Counted from the stretch's first letter, positions 24,163 through 37,546 are shown. The stretch is 64,000 nt of DNA from Octopus bimaculoides (GCF_001194135.2 NC_068984.1:30273172-30337171); one strand, 5' to 3'. Notes: generated from the sequence alone by a model not told the origin. Numbers and translations: made by a program.

Positions 24163-27100
24163 GAGCATGAGATGAAGGGGGTTTAATGAAAATAGGTTGC
24201 ATAAGGTGTGGAGTTTTATATACGATCAGATGAAGGAAAAAGATTGTATGTGATAAAAGGTGTACATGGATGATAATTTTCCAGATACAAGAAGACCTCA
24301 AGGCCAATCAGAGAGCACCACAGATCCAAGATAACACTGGCCACCAAAAGCAAATACCTTCTTACTGTTGATCAACCTACAGCTGCTTGCCAAGACTAGT
24401 TCTATACTCTCTCAACATTTTAGCCATAATCACACACCATTATAGAAGAGTGTTTCTCTTAACAGCTTTACCTACCTTCCTTAGCAGAACTTTAAGATGT
24501 CACTGAATAAGTGCATGCAAAATGGTTTCATCACTTTACTCGATCTTGTCCAACCTTGTCTGAAGGCTCTTCCTGTTGAGTTTCATTCAAACCTACAGTG
24601 TTTGACCTGAAAAGCTTCTGAAAGAGAGAAGCCAGTTTATTCTCGTTGACATCTGGAGTTTCTACAGATTATATTTGTCTGACTGATTCAGGCTGGTGAT
24701 TGCCTGACAACATTCCATAATTTACTCTATGTTGGTTTTCCTTGATTCAAAGCTGCATGACACTCAAAGAGATGGGCTGCAGCAAGATATGCCACACAAA
24801 CCAAAACCACATCACTGTCTAGGAATCTCTGTAGGTAGTGCAGCTGCAATGTATATCAGTGTCAGACACTGCCTACAGGCTTAGTGTAGTAGATAAAGGT
24901 GCAGTGCATTCACTTAGAGATTTTGAGTTCAGTTGCAGGCAAGGCACTAAGATGAATCGCAAGACACCTGAATAAGGCTGGAACCTACACAGCCAAAACA
25001 TAATAAAAGCAAAAACCAAGATGAGGACACCTTTCCAGCTAATGATAAGTAAATGTTACAATGTTTCAATGTCCTTAGGTGGTTAAAACAATTATTCCAT
25101 ATGTAATTGCTTCAGTTTCAATAGGCCGTCTCAGATTAAGTGGCTTACCAAACAAGTATGATCCCATCCATCTGTCCATTTTCTCTGCCAGATATTCCAG
25201 GAAGGGTCATAGAGGTAGAGTCCTCAGGCTTCCCTTCCATAGGGTCCTATCAGAAGCAGCTGTCATTAAATTTTCTGGCTAGAATTCCAAGCTTGACCAC
25301 TGAAACTATAGATATTATCCAAATATCTCACTCAGGAAATAGATTACAAAGGCAGCTGGTAATAGCTATTGCTATACATCATATGTTCTTGGATTGCTCA
25401 AGACAGGTGGAAAGTGAGGTATATTTATCATCTCCACTTTTGTTCACAGTGAAAGAGTGCAGCATAAAGTAATGAAATTTACTTGAAATTTAATCAGCCA
25501 TTTGTTTACGTTATACATTATAATTTCATTATTTTTGTTAACTATTATATTATTCATAACATTATGCATTACAGATTAACTATAGTTAATTTTACTCATT
25601 GTATAAATTGCCAAAATCAAGTTACAAGTGACTGAAATGCTTCTGAATGCTTTTTTTAAATATTTGTTCAGCCATCAAACATTTATGGATATAATGAAAA
25701 TAAAGCTACATCATATTTTCATTCACCTTTTGTTTCCATCAACATTTTATGCATATATGTAGAGTTGCATAAGTTGTGTTCTCAGAATTAGTTCGTACAC
25801 TGTGGTATTGCTATTGTAATGAAAGATATGTAAACACAGCAACCATAAATCTAAGGATATCAAACTGACATAAAAATTGTGGATTTGGCAGTATGAGTAG
25901 AGAAACAAAGTGATATTCAATTGTCTTTTTACCTTCAAAGTTGAAATCTCATCGCAGCTGACTTTGCTTTTCATCTTCCTGTGTTAGTAAGTACCAGTCT
26001 AGAAATTATTTTCACTGTGGAAAGTGGAAGTATGGAACTCAAAAAACAATGTAAGGGAAACTTTGTTTCAAATTAGTTACTAAACTATATATATTGTGCA
26101 CTTTTCCTTCTACTAGTAAAGCCAAATGTGTATGTGTACACACACAAATGCATGCATACATACATACATACATATATACATGGTTACAAATATACATACA
26201 TGATGGCTGCAAATTGGTTTGATGTGGTTATTCGGTCCTGCTAGGGACCATTCATTTATATAGATGTATACAGCATCTTCTAGTAGATGTTACTGTATTA
26301 TTTTGGTGAACATCCCTGCTTTCACAATTATTATGCTGATCTTTTTTGATATAAAATAACAATTTTCATAAAGGTTAGGAAGCTAAGGTAATATTATATA
26401 ATACAATACTGTACAATCATGTAACACGATACTATACATACATGCATACATATACATTGCATACTATAAATAAATCAAAAGTAGTGTGTATGATGTTTCT
26501 ACAGAATATCGACATTGAAAACTGAGTTGGATTTGAACATAAATGAGTGTTTTGTCCCAGTATTTTAAAAACCATAAAGGTCTGTAAATTAGATGCTTTA
26601 ATTTCTGTAGGTATCAAGAATGAAAATATTGCAAGATTTTCATTGAGTGCATAAGCAGGAGAAAAAAATGGGAAAATTCTGTGAAATTAATTTAGGCTTC
26701 AGAAACTTACATCTTTCAAATGATATTTGTTACATACAAATGCATGGAAATATGCTTATGAAGTGATCCATTCAATCTCCTCCATTCTGCTTTGAGAAGA
26801 GTAGTTTAGATCTAGGATGATTGATAGCTAAATATAGAAACATATTACAAGATAGATATGTTAAGAAAATTAAGTAGGAAAGAGATTGTTAGTTGTATGT
26901 CATACTGACAGAAAATGCAGTTAAGGAGTTTAATATGCTGTCAGTATTAACTGGTGAAAAGAATCATAGAAATTGGTAACTGGATGTATAAACAGAAATG
27001 GAGGGTTGGAGAATATGAAGAGGAAGATAGACAGAAATAACATGAGATGTGTAAGAAGATAACTAACAAAATACAAGGCTTGTAAACAATCGTCTTTGCT

Positions 27101-28554
27101 CATGGCAAATGTAGGGGTTTTAACTATCTCTATTGATTCATATATATCGGTAGAAGAGTTTGGCTAATGAGAAAATAAAGCAGCAAAGTGAAATGATCTA
27201 AATATGGAATTCTGCAATGGAATTGTGACAAAAGAATGAAGCTGAAATTAGAGGCAACAGCATGAATTAATCTGACCATTACAAAATGGAATATAGATAA
27301 TAAAACACAGCATACCAGTTGAAGTTATGTCTTTAGGTGTAAGTGCTTGGGGCTAAGGTTAAAATGGACAAGGTGCCTTAATTATTGGTCGATTACGTTT
27401 CATAAAAAGGCTCATGTAAGTAAGATTATGATGGTGTAGATGTTGAAGTACAGTGGAAATTTGTTAAAAACAGATTTAATTAATGCTAGGAATATTTTTG
27501 GATTTAACCATAAAGAGAAGCAATAATAAAATTGATTTTGTATGTTAAAGGATATGGGAATGTTGTAGAGAGATTATTTATAATGGAGAGAAGATAAACA
27601 TTCTCATAGGTTCTGGTGATGGTGGCAACTTGTTACTTTGATAAAATGTTTTGTGTCTGAAACTTGCTTTTCTTTTCATTGTTATCAATATTCTACTCAT
27701 CACCAATAATTTTGCTACTATTCTCACTGTTATACAACAGGTCAGTATTACTATTGTTATTATTGTAGATATTACCTCCTACAATATATCTAACTTTAGT
27801 TTCTTTATGCTTCGATGAGATGCTTCTACTATCTGTGGCCCCACCAATTTACATACATTCCAGTATTCTTGAATCATTTTCATGGGTTTACTTTACTGAA
27901 TGTTTTATCATGTCAACAACACATAAAATTCAGTGATACTGTCGGTGCTTGCTGCAAGCAAATGAGTATGACTTTTGGGGGAATTACTTCATATTGTATA
28001 ACTACTTGAACCATTTCTAACTGGGTACTTCTTCAGTTATAACTATACATTGTGCTAAGTGTTATTTCAATTGATATATTGCGAATGTTGTCATTATCGT
28101 CTTGATCCTCATTACCACTCTATCATCATTGTCTTCATAGCCATCGTTGTCATCATCATCGTCGTCATCGTCATCACCATCATTATCATAGTCATCATCA
28201 AGCATTTATTTTCTCCTAACAAGTTTGAATACAATATGTTTATCATACTGCATATGATTACAGTCTTTCATAATCTCAGTTTTGAGATTTAACTTCACCA
28301 TTCTTGTCCATGTTTACCTCAATTTTTTTCCCCTGAGCATACAAGCTCCAAAACACAACAGATTATTAAACATGTTCCACATCTACTTTAGCTGCAGACA
28401 TCTTGGGTGTCTTCAGTGGAGTCTACTTTTTTTGCAAGCATTCAGGCTAAGTCTTTGGTTTGAGGATATCTTTCACCAGTCTCAGAGGCCCTGTGTTAGG
28501 TTATGGACATTGTTTTACCTCCTGTTTAATATATACATATATATATATACATAC

Positions 28555-29879
28555 AGGGTGTTTCAAAATATTTGATATCATTTACAATGTAAATATCACA
28601 GAAACTACAGAGTCAAAGCAAATGAAACTAAACAGGTTTGATGTTGAGCAACATAAGATTTATTTATCCAAATTTGAATGAGAAATTCAAACGTATGTTC
28701 AATATGTGCACCGCCTGAGGCATGGTACATGTTAAGTCAGTAGACCAGCTCCTCCCAAACACACTGCAGCATGTCTTGTGTAACAGTCTCCAATGTGGTA
28801 GTGATTCTCTGCTGGAGTTCCTCTAGGTTTGCAGGAAGTGGGGGAATATAGACCGGGCACTTCACATAGCCCAAGAGAAAAAAATCACATGGTATCAGGT
28901 CAGGTGAACATGACAGCCATTTCAACAGCACATTGTCTTCATCACCAGCACACCCAATCCATCTCTCTCGCAGATTGTCATTGAGATAAGCCTGCACCAT
29001 GAGCTTCCAGTGAGGTGGAGCCCCGCCCTGTTGAAAAATGAAGTCTTCATGTCCATTTGTAATGAGCTCATCCATTAGCCTGTTCTGAAGCATTTACAAA
29101 TAAACATCGCTTGTCACATATCTCTCAAAGAAAAACGGGCCATGAAGATGGTACAGAACACATTCACTTTTGGTGAGTCCCTCTCATGTTCAATTGTAAC
29201 AAGGGGATTTTCTTTGTCCCAAATGTGAACATTATGCTTATTGACTTTGCCATTCATATGAAATGTGACCTTATCACTGAAAACAAGACATTCCTTGAAC
29301 TTGGCTTCTTCAAGTTTCTCTTACATATCAACACAGAATTGTTTGTGCTTTCACTTGTCATCTGCCGTTATGGCCTGAATGAGTTGCAGCTTGAAGGGTT
29401 TCATTAGAAAGCATTTCCTCAGGACACGCCAAACTCTCATTGGAGGAATCTGGGTTTCCAGATTTGTTCTTCTTATGGACTTTTGGGCTTTGCAAAAGTT
29501 TTTGGTGAACCTACTTGACCATCTCTTCTGATGTTAGTGGTCGTCCAGATCCTTTTGCCCTGCACAGACAGCGTTCCTCTTTGAATTTTTTCGTGCCATG
29601 TCCAAATATGCATTGCCATTGGTCACTTTTTTGAGAACTCTCTCACAAATGCATGCTGTACAGTACTGTTCAACTGTGTTCGAACATAGTCCAACACACA
29701 AAATGCCTTTTGTCTTCCAGTGAATGCCATTTCCATACCTGAAAAGATAAACATATCAAACATTAAACATAAAATTTTGACCAGTTTCAATACATGCTTT
29801 TAAAATTTGAAGTCATTTGAACAAGAACTGGCAAAGTTATTAGATTGCAAAATAATATCAAATTGTTTGAAACACCGTG

Positions 29880-29880
<1 letters not shown>
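28555..29880 (-). mobile_element. Full-length defective Tc1/mariner element (rosa/DD41D-like lineage)
   Basis: Imperfect TIRs cagggtgtttcaaa / tttgaaacaccgtg embedded in (TA)n; ~1.33 kb; transposase pseudogene inside. Confidence 0.9.
28737..29730 (-). pseudogene. Tc1/mariner DD-D transposase pseudogene
   Basis: MAFTGRQKAFC..GSGRP..CLVFSDKVTFHMNGKVNKHNV..FQQGGAPPH..SPDLIPCDFFLLGYVK; several stops and frameshifts; second catalytic Asp reads as Gly. Confidence 0.9.
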
Positions 29881-29964
<84 letters not shown>

Positions 29965-31979
29965 CGTAAAAGCACCCATTACGCTCTTGGAGTATTTGCC
30001 ATTAGGAAAAGGTATCCAGCCATAGAAAACCATGCCATTTTTTGTGTTGGCCCAGATTATTCTGTTAACAATTATCACAACATTGTTATAGAATTAATTG
30101 CACTTGTAAGACTTTAATTTAGAAATAAGAACTTACATGCATGTAAAGGAAATAGTTACTACCATATCTTCACTACCTTTAAGTAAGAGTAAATTTAATA
30201 ATAAATAACCGGAAATTATTATTACCATTCCTCACTTGTTTAATTTATATAGTTTTTGCTGTAATTGCATAATGTTTTTCTCTAAGACTTAATATCATTA
30301 TAACCTAGAAAGCAATATATTTAGCAGTAACTGACTTAATATATATCTTATAATATTGAAAATATATTTCAAAATGACAATTATTTTGAATAATATCATT
30401 ACCTTACAGATTTCAACAATTATCACTGAATACTTCCCATTTTGAAAAGCATGCGATGAACATTAAATAATGCTAGGCAATTAAAGGAGATTTCATCATT
30501 AAAAGTAATTTATAATAACTGCAGTACAAAAAGAATGTAGAAGCTTTTTGAAGTATTTTGCACATTCACAAAGTTGACTTTGTTGTGTAGAAAAGTGAAA
30601 TAGCATATAGAGTAACATATAAAAATGTGTTTAATTATAATTGATATCTTTCATCTGAGATAAGAAACACCTGTTTTACATTACTGACAAGAGACAATCA
30701 CAATATTTAAAACAAAAGCAATAGTTGATAATAACCAGATGCATTGTTAGTTAATACTATTTGTGTAAATTATTATTGCAACTTGTATTTAACTGGGAAA
30801 TATTGCTAAAGAACTTGATAGTTAAAATTTTATACTCAGGCATTCAACTTAATTTCATAAATAAATTAATGAATTATTCTTTTTCTTTCTTTTTATATGA
30901 CACATACATGTTCTTTATGTAGAATAAAGAAACAAATTAACTTTCAATTTGGAAACCACATTATTCAAGTTTTATATTTGGTTAATATATAATCATGAGA
31001 ATATTGGGCTTTTTTACACCCTTATTGCTCATTAAATATGTTAACATTAACTTAGAGATAATTTTTAATGCAATGTCACATTCTAATTATGTATTTTTTT
31101 AACTTGTTCTATTTTACTCACACTAACAAATTAAAAGCTTGTTCATTGACTTCATTATTCTTTCATAATTACTCTGACAAGTATATAGAAATTTAAGCTT
31201 TGGTGAGAAGGTCAGAATAAGACTGAAACATTTTCAATGATATCTCCCAGATCAGCCCTCCACCAGAAAAAAAAAAGTGGAAGTATATTTGTTATAGACT
31301 AATACAGTTTTGACCTCACTGTGTAACTGTTTCTAGTTGTTTTAATAATAAGTATGTTGACACTTACTTAAGTGTTATTTTTTATGCAGATGTGGTCTGT
31401 GAGTTATTTACTTTAAATAATTCTAGTTTTACATGTCAACAAAGATATTCAGTGAGTCTGTTAGCAGTACTCCAAAAAGTATAAAAATATATATTATGCT
31501 GATAAGGTCAGAATAAATCCGAAAGGTACCCACACAAAAAAATTAATAAAAGATATCATTATCGTTTTTTTTTCTCCTTATATGCTTTGTATTTTTAGTT
31601 AGACCTTAAATATTCTATGTATTAATAATATTGATGCTAAGTGGAGTGGAATTTTGCTGTGCAGAAGCTTGTCATATATATTTTTCGTTTAATCTATTAG
31701 TGACCTATTTCTCTCATCTGTTATAAAGTAAACAAATTCAATCAATTTATTTGCTATTTATCATATTTTTAGCTGAGTTTATTGAGATAAATAAATTAAA
31801 TAATTCGTTGGGTGGTAAAATGAACACCAGAAAAACTATTTCAATTAATTATGCCTTAGTATAGGCATAGGTATGGTGATACACTGGTGTGGTAGTGTGG
31901 TAAGAAGCTTGTTTCCTTGCGTTGTTGTTTTTATTCTTGTGCTTGTTCTTGTTTTTTTTAGATTTATATGTATGTATAT

Positions 31980-32160
31980 ATATAGGGGGAGAATTCACAA
32001 AAAAAAACAAAAGACAAAAACAATTGGTGTAGAAAACAAACAGATGTATTAGTATAATGCTTGGGGAGTGAAAAAGTTTTTAACGTTTCGAGCCTACGCT
32101 CTTCCACAGAAAGGAACTCAGAAAGAAACAAGGAGAGAAAAAAGAATGTGTAGTGGCTAG
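31980..32160 (-). mobile_element. PLE-like 3' fragment with A6U hammerhead-like motif (32078-32113)
   Basis: ttt-CTGTGGA-a-gagc-gtag-gctc-GAA-ACGT-T-aaa; the downstream atactaatacatc segment also occurs at 13549-13636. Confidence 0.65.
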
Positions 32161-32177
32161 CAATCTATCATGGCGAA

Positions 32178-32211
<34 letters not shown>

Positions 32212-32394
32212 GATACGCACATACTCACATAATCAAAGTTTAGATTTAAGATTAAAATCTAAACTGTGTTTTGGGTATGTCCCTAGTAGTATGTTGGCAA
32301 AGCATGTTCACTGCTTACGTCTACCTGGCATTATCCATGATAATTGCAGTCGTCACTGTATCTACATTAGGAGTTCCTCAGAGCACGTTGAATA

Positions 32395-32863
32395 TAGTAG
32401 AAACAACTAATACGGAAAATAGAGTATACTGGAAACTTTATTTATTGCAATGATCCTTTCGACAGTTCCTGCACCACTCTCTTGTGGGTGGGAAATTATA
32501 CAATGAATTCCAATGTATCTTGCAGTGCAGAAGCATTTCTTTGAGTGATATAACTTGGTTTCTCATTACATAAGGGACGTTTCACTCTTAAGCTTAACTA
32601 AAGCATGTTGAGAGTAGTCATATCTAAAATATATGACTAATATCAACATGCTTTAGTTAAGCTTATTTAATGATAAACCACGTTATATTTAATGAGAAAC
32701 TATGTTATATCACCTGAAGTGATGCTTTTGCACTGTAGGGTACATATGAATTCATTGTATAACTTCCCACTGACAAGAGAGCAATGAAGGATGTGTCAAA
32801 ATGATCGTTGGGATAAATAAGATTTCCAGTATACTCTATTTTCCATATGAATTGTTTCTACTA
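32395..32863. mobile_element. 469-bp foldback/MITE element (whole-length imperfect palindrome)
   Basis: Ends tagtagaaac / gtttctacta in TA context; arms align over ~225 bp with ggaaaatagagtatactggaaa and taagcttaactaaagcatgttga identical; short central loop. Confidence 0.85.
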
Positions 32864-32888
32864 TATATATATATATATATATATATAT

Positions 32889-33135
32889 TATGAAGATGTG
32901 CTTGCATAGCAAGTGACGTGATCTGAGAGTATGTGCCAAAACAAAAACTATTGCTGCATGGAAGGTGTTTAAAAGCCATTTAAAAACACACAAAAACTGT
33001 TAGATTCAATTCAACATTTAAATTTAATTTGCCAAACTATTTTCGTCACTTTGAGACCATGACCTGTTCACTGACAAAATTCCATGCTGCATTTTTTTGT
33101 GTTTTTAAATGGCTTATAAACACCTTCAATTCTGC
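32889..33135 (-). mobile_element. Miniature inverted-repeat PLE-like element
   Basis: About 36-bp inverted arms gaaggtgttt..acacaaaaa (32961-32996) and ttttgtgttt..aaacaccttc (33091-33126); ~70-bp one-sided extension; internal hammerhead. Confidence 0.7.
33028..33078 (-). ncRNA. Type I hammerhead motif with G3-C8 swapped core
   Basis: tttgtca/tggcaaa stem I (7 bp); GTGAACA; extra G; gtcat/gtgac stem II; GAA; A-atag-T stem III; GUU triplet. Confidence 0.7.
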
Positions 33136-33137
33136 AT

Positions 33138-33171
<34 letters not shown>

Positions 33172-33855
33172 CACACACACACACATTTATATGTATATAT
33201 TTTGGGAGTAGACTGAAGCTGTAAAAAGCCTTTTGTATATATATGTGTGTATGTACTTGTGCCCGTATAGCTGCTTGTGGATGTGCCTGTGAGAATGTTT
33301 ACATTCTGAGTTTCATAAGCAAAAGCTAAAGACAGTGATGTTTCTTAAGATTTCCTAGTCAGTAAAGCATCTAGTAGCTCTGAACTTTCAAAGATGACTG
33401 TTATGAAAATTCTATTGATTGAAAAATAGGTAAGGAAGGGCAGCCACCTGTAAAGTAATACTTCATCTATGTGCATTCATCTAACCCATGCTAGTATGGA
33501 AAAATACTAAAGCAAATGAAGGAATATAAACATACACCTCACATCAATGCATAGATACATATACACCTCCACGTGTGTGTGTGTGTGTGTGTGTGTCTGA
33601 GATTCGCTATTATCACTTTATTCATGCACACACGTAAACACTGAGTGGTGCCTGGTTATTTCAGTTATTATCCATAGGGTAATTTTACTGAAAATATCAA
33701 CAGATTTGAGAAGTGTGATAATTTAATATATTTATATAAACATCTGGCTTACATGTATATATATATATATATAAATAGATAGATATACACATATATATTC
33801 ATGTGTGTACATGCGTGTTAGTATATCTGCATGTATGAATGCAGGTATATATTCA

Positions 33856-33916
<61 letters not shown>

Positions 33917-36347
33917 ACACACATATATAAAAGAATGCGTCCATGTATGTGTGTGTGTATACATGCATTCTTTCTTATTCTATTTTTCTCTCTCTCTAAA
34001 TATATATTGTATATAATAATAGCGGAGACATTTTGTATCTAGCCATGATATATAAATATAAATATTGAATGGTGAACATTTGAAAAGGTAATGCAATATA
34101 TTTCTTCATGGGAGTTGAACCATAAATCTCTTAGGAAGCATGAAAAACTGCTCTTCACTATATGATGATGACATCACCATTTTGGTCATTGAATTATGAT
34201 GCATGCACATTTTTATCAGTTTTATGTAAATTTATCTTATGCTTGCTAATATGCATGATGCATTTAGTGTTTACCCTATAACATAAATTATTTGCATGCT
34301 AGATTGTTACATATTTTTTATGCTATAGCATCACTTTTTGATGAATAGATTAGAATTCAACCCAACAAATATGAAATAATAGCTGGTTATTGTATGATTT
34401 GTATCAAGGGAATGAAAGTATTTTTATTAGATATTAATTTCATACATTAGCTCAAAGCAAAAAAAATTGAGGAATGAATATATTTGATTTATTGAATTGA
34501 ACTCAATAAATGTCTGGTTCCTATTTCTCTTTACACCACATAGTAATGAGGGCGGGCTTTACTGATTCCAGTTTAGAAGACTTTTGAGATGAGTGGGTGG
34601 GAGGGAGGAGGTGTCTTCAAACCAGAAGCCTGGCCCTAATGTTTGCAGCAAATTGGATGTCATTCAAGGCATCATAGAACCAGTTGATGGTGTTAAACTA
34701 GACAATAGATTAAGTCTACTATCTATGTAAGATATAGCAGGATTTGAACTCAGAATGCAAAGTACCGAGACAAATGCCTCAAGGTTTCCTCTCTAATGCT
34801 CTAACAATATTACCAAATTATTGCCCTAGATTGGTACTCTGTTCAATCATCTAAGGATTAAAAAATATCTAAATAAACTATGATGAGATTTGAACTTAGA
34901 ATGCAGGGAGTTTGAACAAAGAATTTTTTTATCTGATGTTCTGACAACTCTGGTAATTTGCCATCTATGTTAACTCCAAGAAAAAATAAAGTGTAAGTCT
35001 GAACCCAGTGAAACTGAACTCTGATTATTGACAAATTGTAAATACAAATGTTTGACTCTATGCTAGTGACATTAGCTGTCACTTAGTAACTATCACATGA
35101 TCATGCGAATGACACAGTTTCCAGTTTACTGTCAATGATAATGCATAAACAAAGCATTTTCATTACCACAGCGAGACAGTATTGTGCAATTTTTAAAAAC
35201 ATGCAGATACATACCTAAATGTTAAGAATTGCTAAAGGATTGTCTAGGGTGATGTAATTGTTGTGCAGAAAATAGTGGAACTTGCGTATTTGCTTCTTGG
35301 GCTTAGAAGAAAAGTTAGCTGTGAGGTATTCGGTACAGTACTCTATTCTTTGACTGCCTTTTTATCTATTTTAAAATTATATATTTGTTTCTTTTTAATT
35401 AGATAGAGGAAAAATTTTATTTTATATTTTCTTTGTAAATTGAATGTCTTTTAGCTAATGGAACAATTCCAAATTTAATTATATTGCAGTCCATGTATTT
35501 GCATATACATACAGGTGTCAAATAGTTTAATGGAATTTGTTTGCAAAATGCAGATTTTATATTCTTGGGTGCCCCCTTTTATATATAGTGTCCAGGTTCA
35601 TTGCATTTCCTATGGCATCTGCAAGTGTGTTTACATCTGGATGTGTTTCTTTTATGGAGTCACTACCATATACAAGGATTACAGGCTGATATTAATTTCC
35701 ATATAATGCTACGACCTTGATTAACCTAATTTCAAAATAAATGTGCAGAGTTTGAAATAGCAGCATGGAAAACAGACATCAGAAGTACATGATGAGGAGG
35801 GCTACATCATAATTATCGTCGTTGTCACTACTGTCATCATCGTCATTGACGTCGGTGGCATCATCATCATCATCATCATTTATTGCTGTCATTTGTGATC
35901 TTTTTTGTGTGGGCGAGCATCTTGAGGTTGAATTTCTTCACCTCTACCTGTAATGTTTTTCCACTAGGCACTTTGTAATTCAACAGTGAGCATCATATGT
36001 ATGACATATCCATATGAGCACAGCCATGTTTCTTACATATATCTATAGCTCATTTTTGCTCTATCGATCATGTGCTTTAATGTAATACATTAAGCAGATC
36101 GTGCTCACTTAATTTCTTTCAGACTATGTACATTGCTAACAAGCTGATACATACGTTTCACAAACATGCAGCACTTTTGTACACAAGCATCACACAATTT
36201 ACTCTTCATTTTGAAAAAAACATCCCTTAATTGCAAGTAGTAGTATTGTTCTCCAAGCACTCTCCATCTTCTTCCATTACTCACTGCTATACTTTTAGAG
36301 TACTTCCACTGATAATTATGTCACATGGGAAGAGAAGCTGCCAACTA

Positions 36348-36472
36348 TTTAGGTGTTTTCGCTTTAGGTGTTTTCGCTCAATAAACACTCACAACACCCG
36401 GTCTGGGAATCGAAACGGTGATCCTATGACCGCAAGTCCACTGCCCTAACCATTGAGCCATTGTGCCTCCAC
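36348..36472 (-). mobile_element. SINE family D 5' fragment with a local 15-bp duplication
   Basis: Matches the head of 45464-45855; tttaggtgttttcgc occurs twice in tandem. Confidence 0.75.
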
Positions 36473-37035
36473 AAAGATAGCAGTAATTTCTTGGATACTC
36501 TTATGAAAATAATACTAATATCAATGGGTCATAAGAGAATTACCATAATCATGTTAGTAATATATTCTACATATATGAATGTGCATGCACGCACACACAT
36601 ACACACACACAGTCATACATATCGAAATGCAGTAAGAATTTTAAACTAATTTCATGGACACAACTGATAAAAACCAAAATTTAATGTCAACTGATCATTA
36701 ACAATGAATATAAATCAGGATCCCAATAAACTAACAACGATCTTTAGCAGCAAACTATGATGATTTATCACAGATAACTCGGAAAAGTTAATGAATTTAT
36801 AAATAAATGAGTAAAAATAGTAAATTTATTCAATTCAATCTGTCTTTAACATCCTGTAATGAATTCATCCATTCACACAAACTAACTTATATTTACCTTG
36901 TTTTGTTATCTGCTTCCACAAATCTGACTGTTCTTATTCTTTTTCGATACCTTTCTAATTCCTTCTACATTTTCTTCAGGTTTTCCTCTTCCTCCCTATC
37001 ACTATCATCTTATTCATTTTTTAACATCATTATCA

Positions 37036-37546
37036 TCACACCCCACTTTTCTTCTCCTTCTCCTCCTTCTCCTCCTTCTTCTTCTTCTTCTTCTTTTTCT
37101 TCTTCTCATTATCATTATTATTATAATTATTATTGCTGTTATTATTATCATTATTATTATTATTATTTGTTATTTCAATCCTATTCCTTATTATCACCAC
37201 TCTTTCTTTTAAATGGCTTGATTCTAAATGGATTTTCTCTGAGAGATGATCTAGCTTTGATATGGCATTCAATCAACCAGCTTGTTATAGAATATCTGCA
37301 GAATATAAAATTACTTCTGGGAAAATTCAGAATATTATTCTACAGAAATATTTGTAGATATGTTAAATAATTCTATTTCCCAAAAGAGTTGTTGAATTTG
37401 TGATGCAGCTTTATTTCATCATCATCATTACCAACAGCACCAGCACCAGCAGCAGCAGCACCACCACCACCACCACCACTGCCACCACAACCACCACCAC
37501 TGCCACCACAACCACGACCAATGCCACCACAACCACGACCAATGCC
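37036..37546. repeat. Compound (CTT)n/(ATT)n and (CAC/CAA)n trinucleotide tracts
   Basis: Directly visible; they explain the poly-S/Y/K/T ORFs. The last tract runs into the gap at 37547-37709. Confidence 0.95.

Noticed and set aside
25140-25472. 110-aa ORF with plausible splice sites on both strands
   Set aside because: No recognisable domain; conflicting strand signals; probably old TE debris.
31390-31398. 9-nt microexon candidate (ttttatgcag ATGTGGTCT gtgagt)
   Set aside because: About one such match is expected by chance in 64 kb, and there is no host gene to test the frame against.
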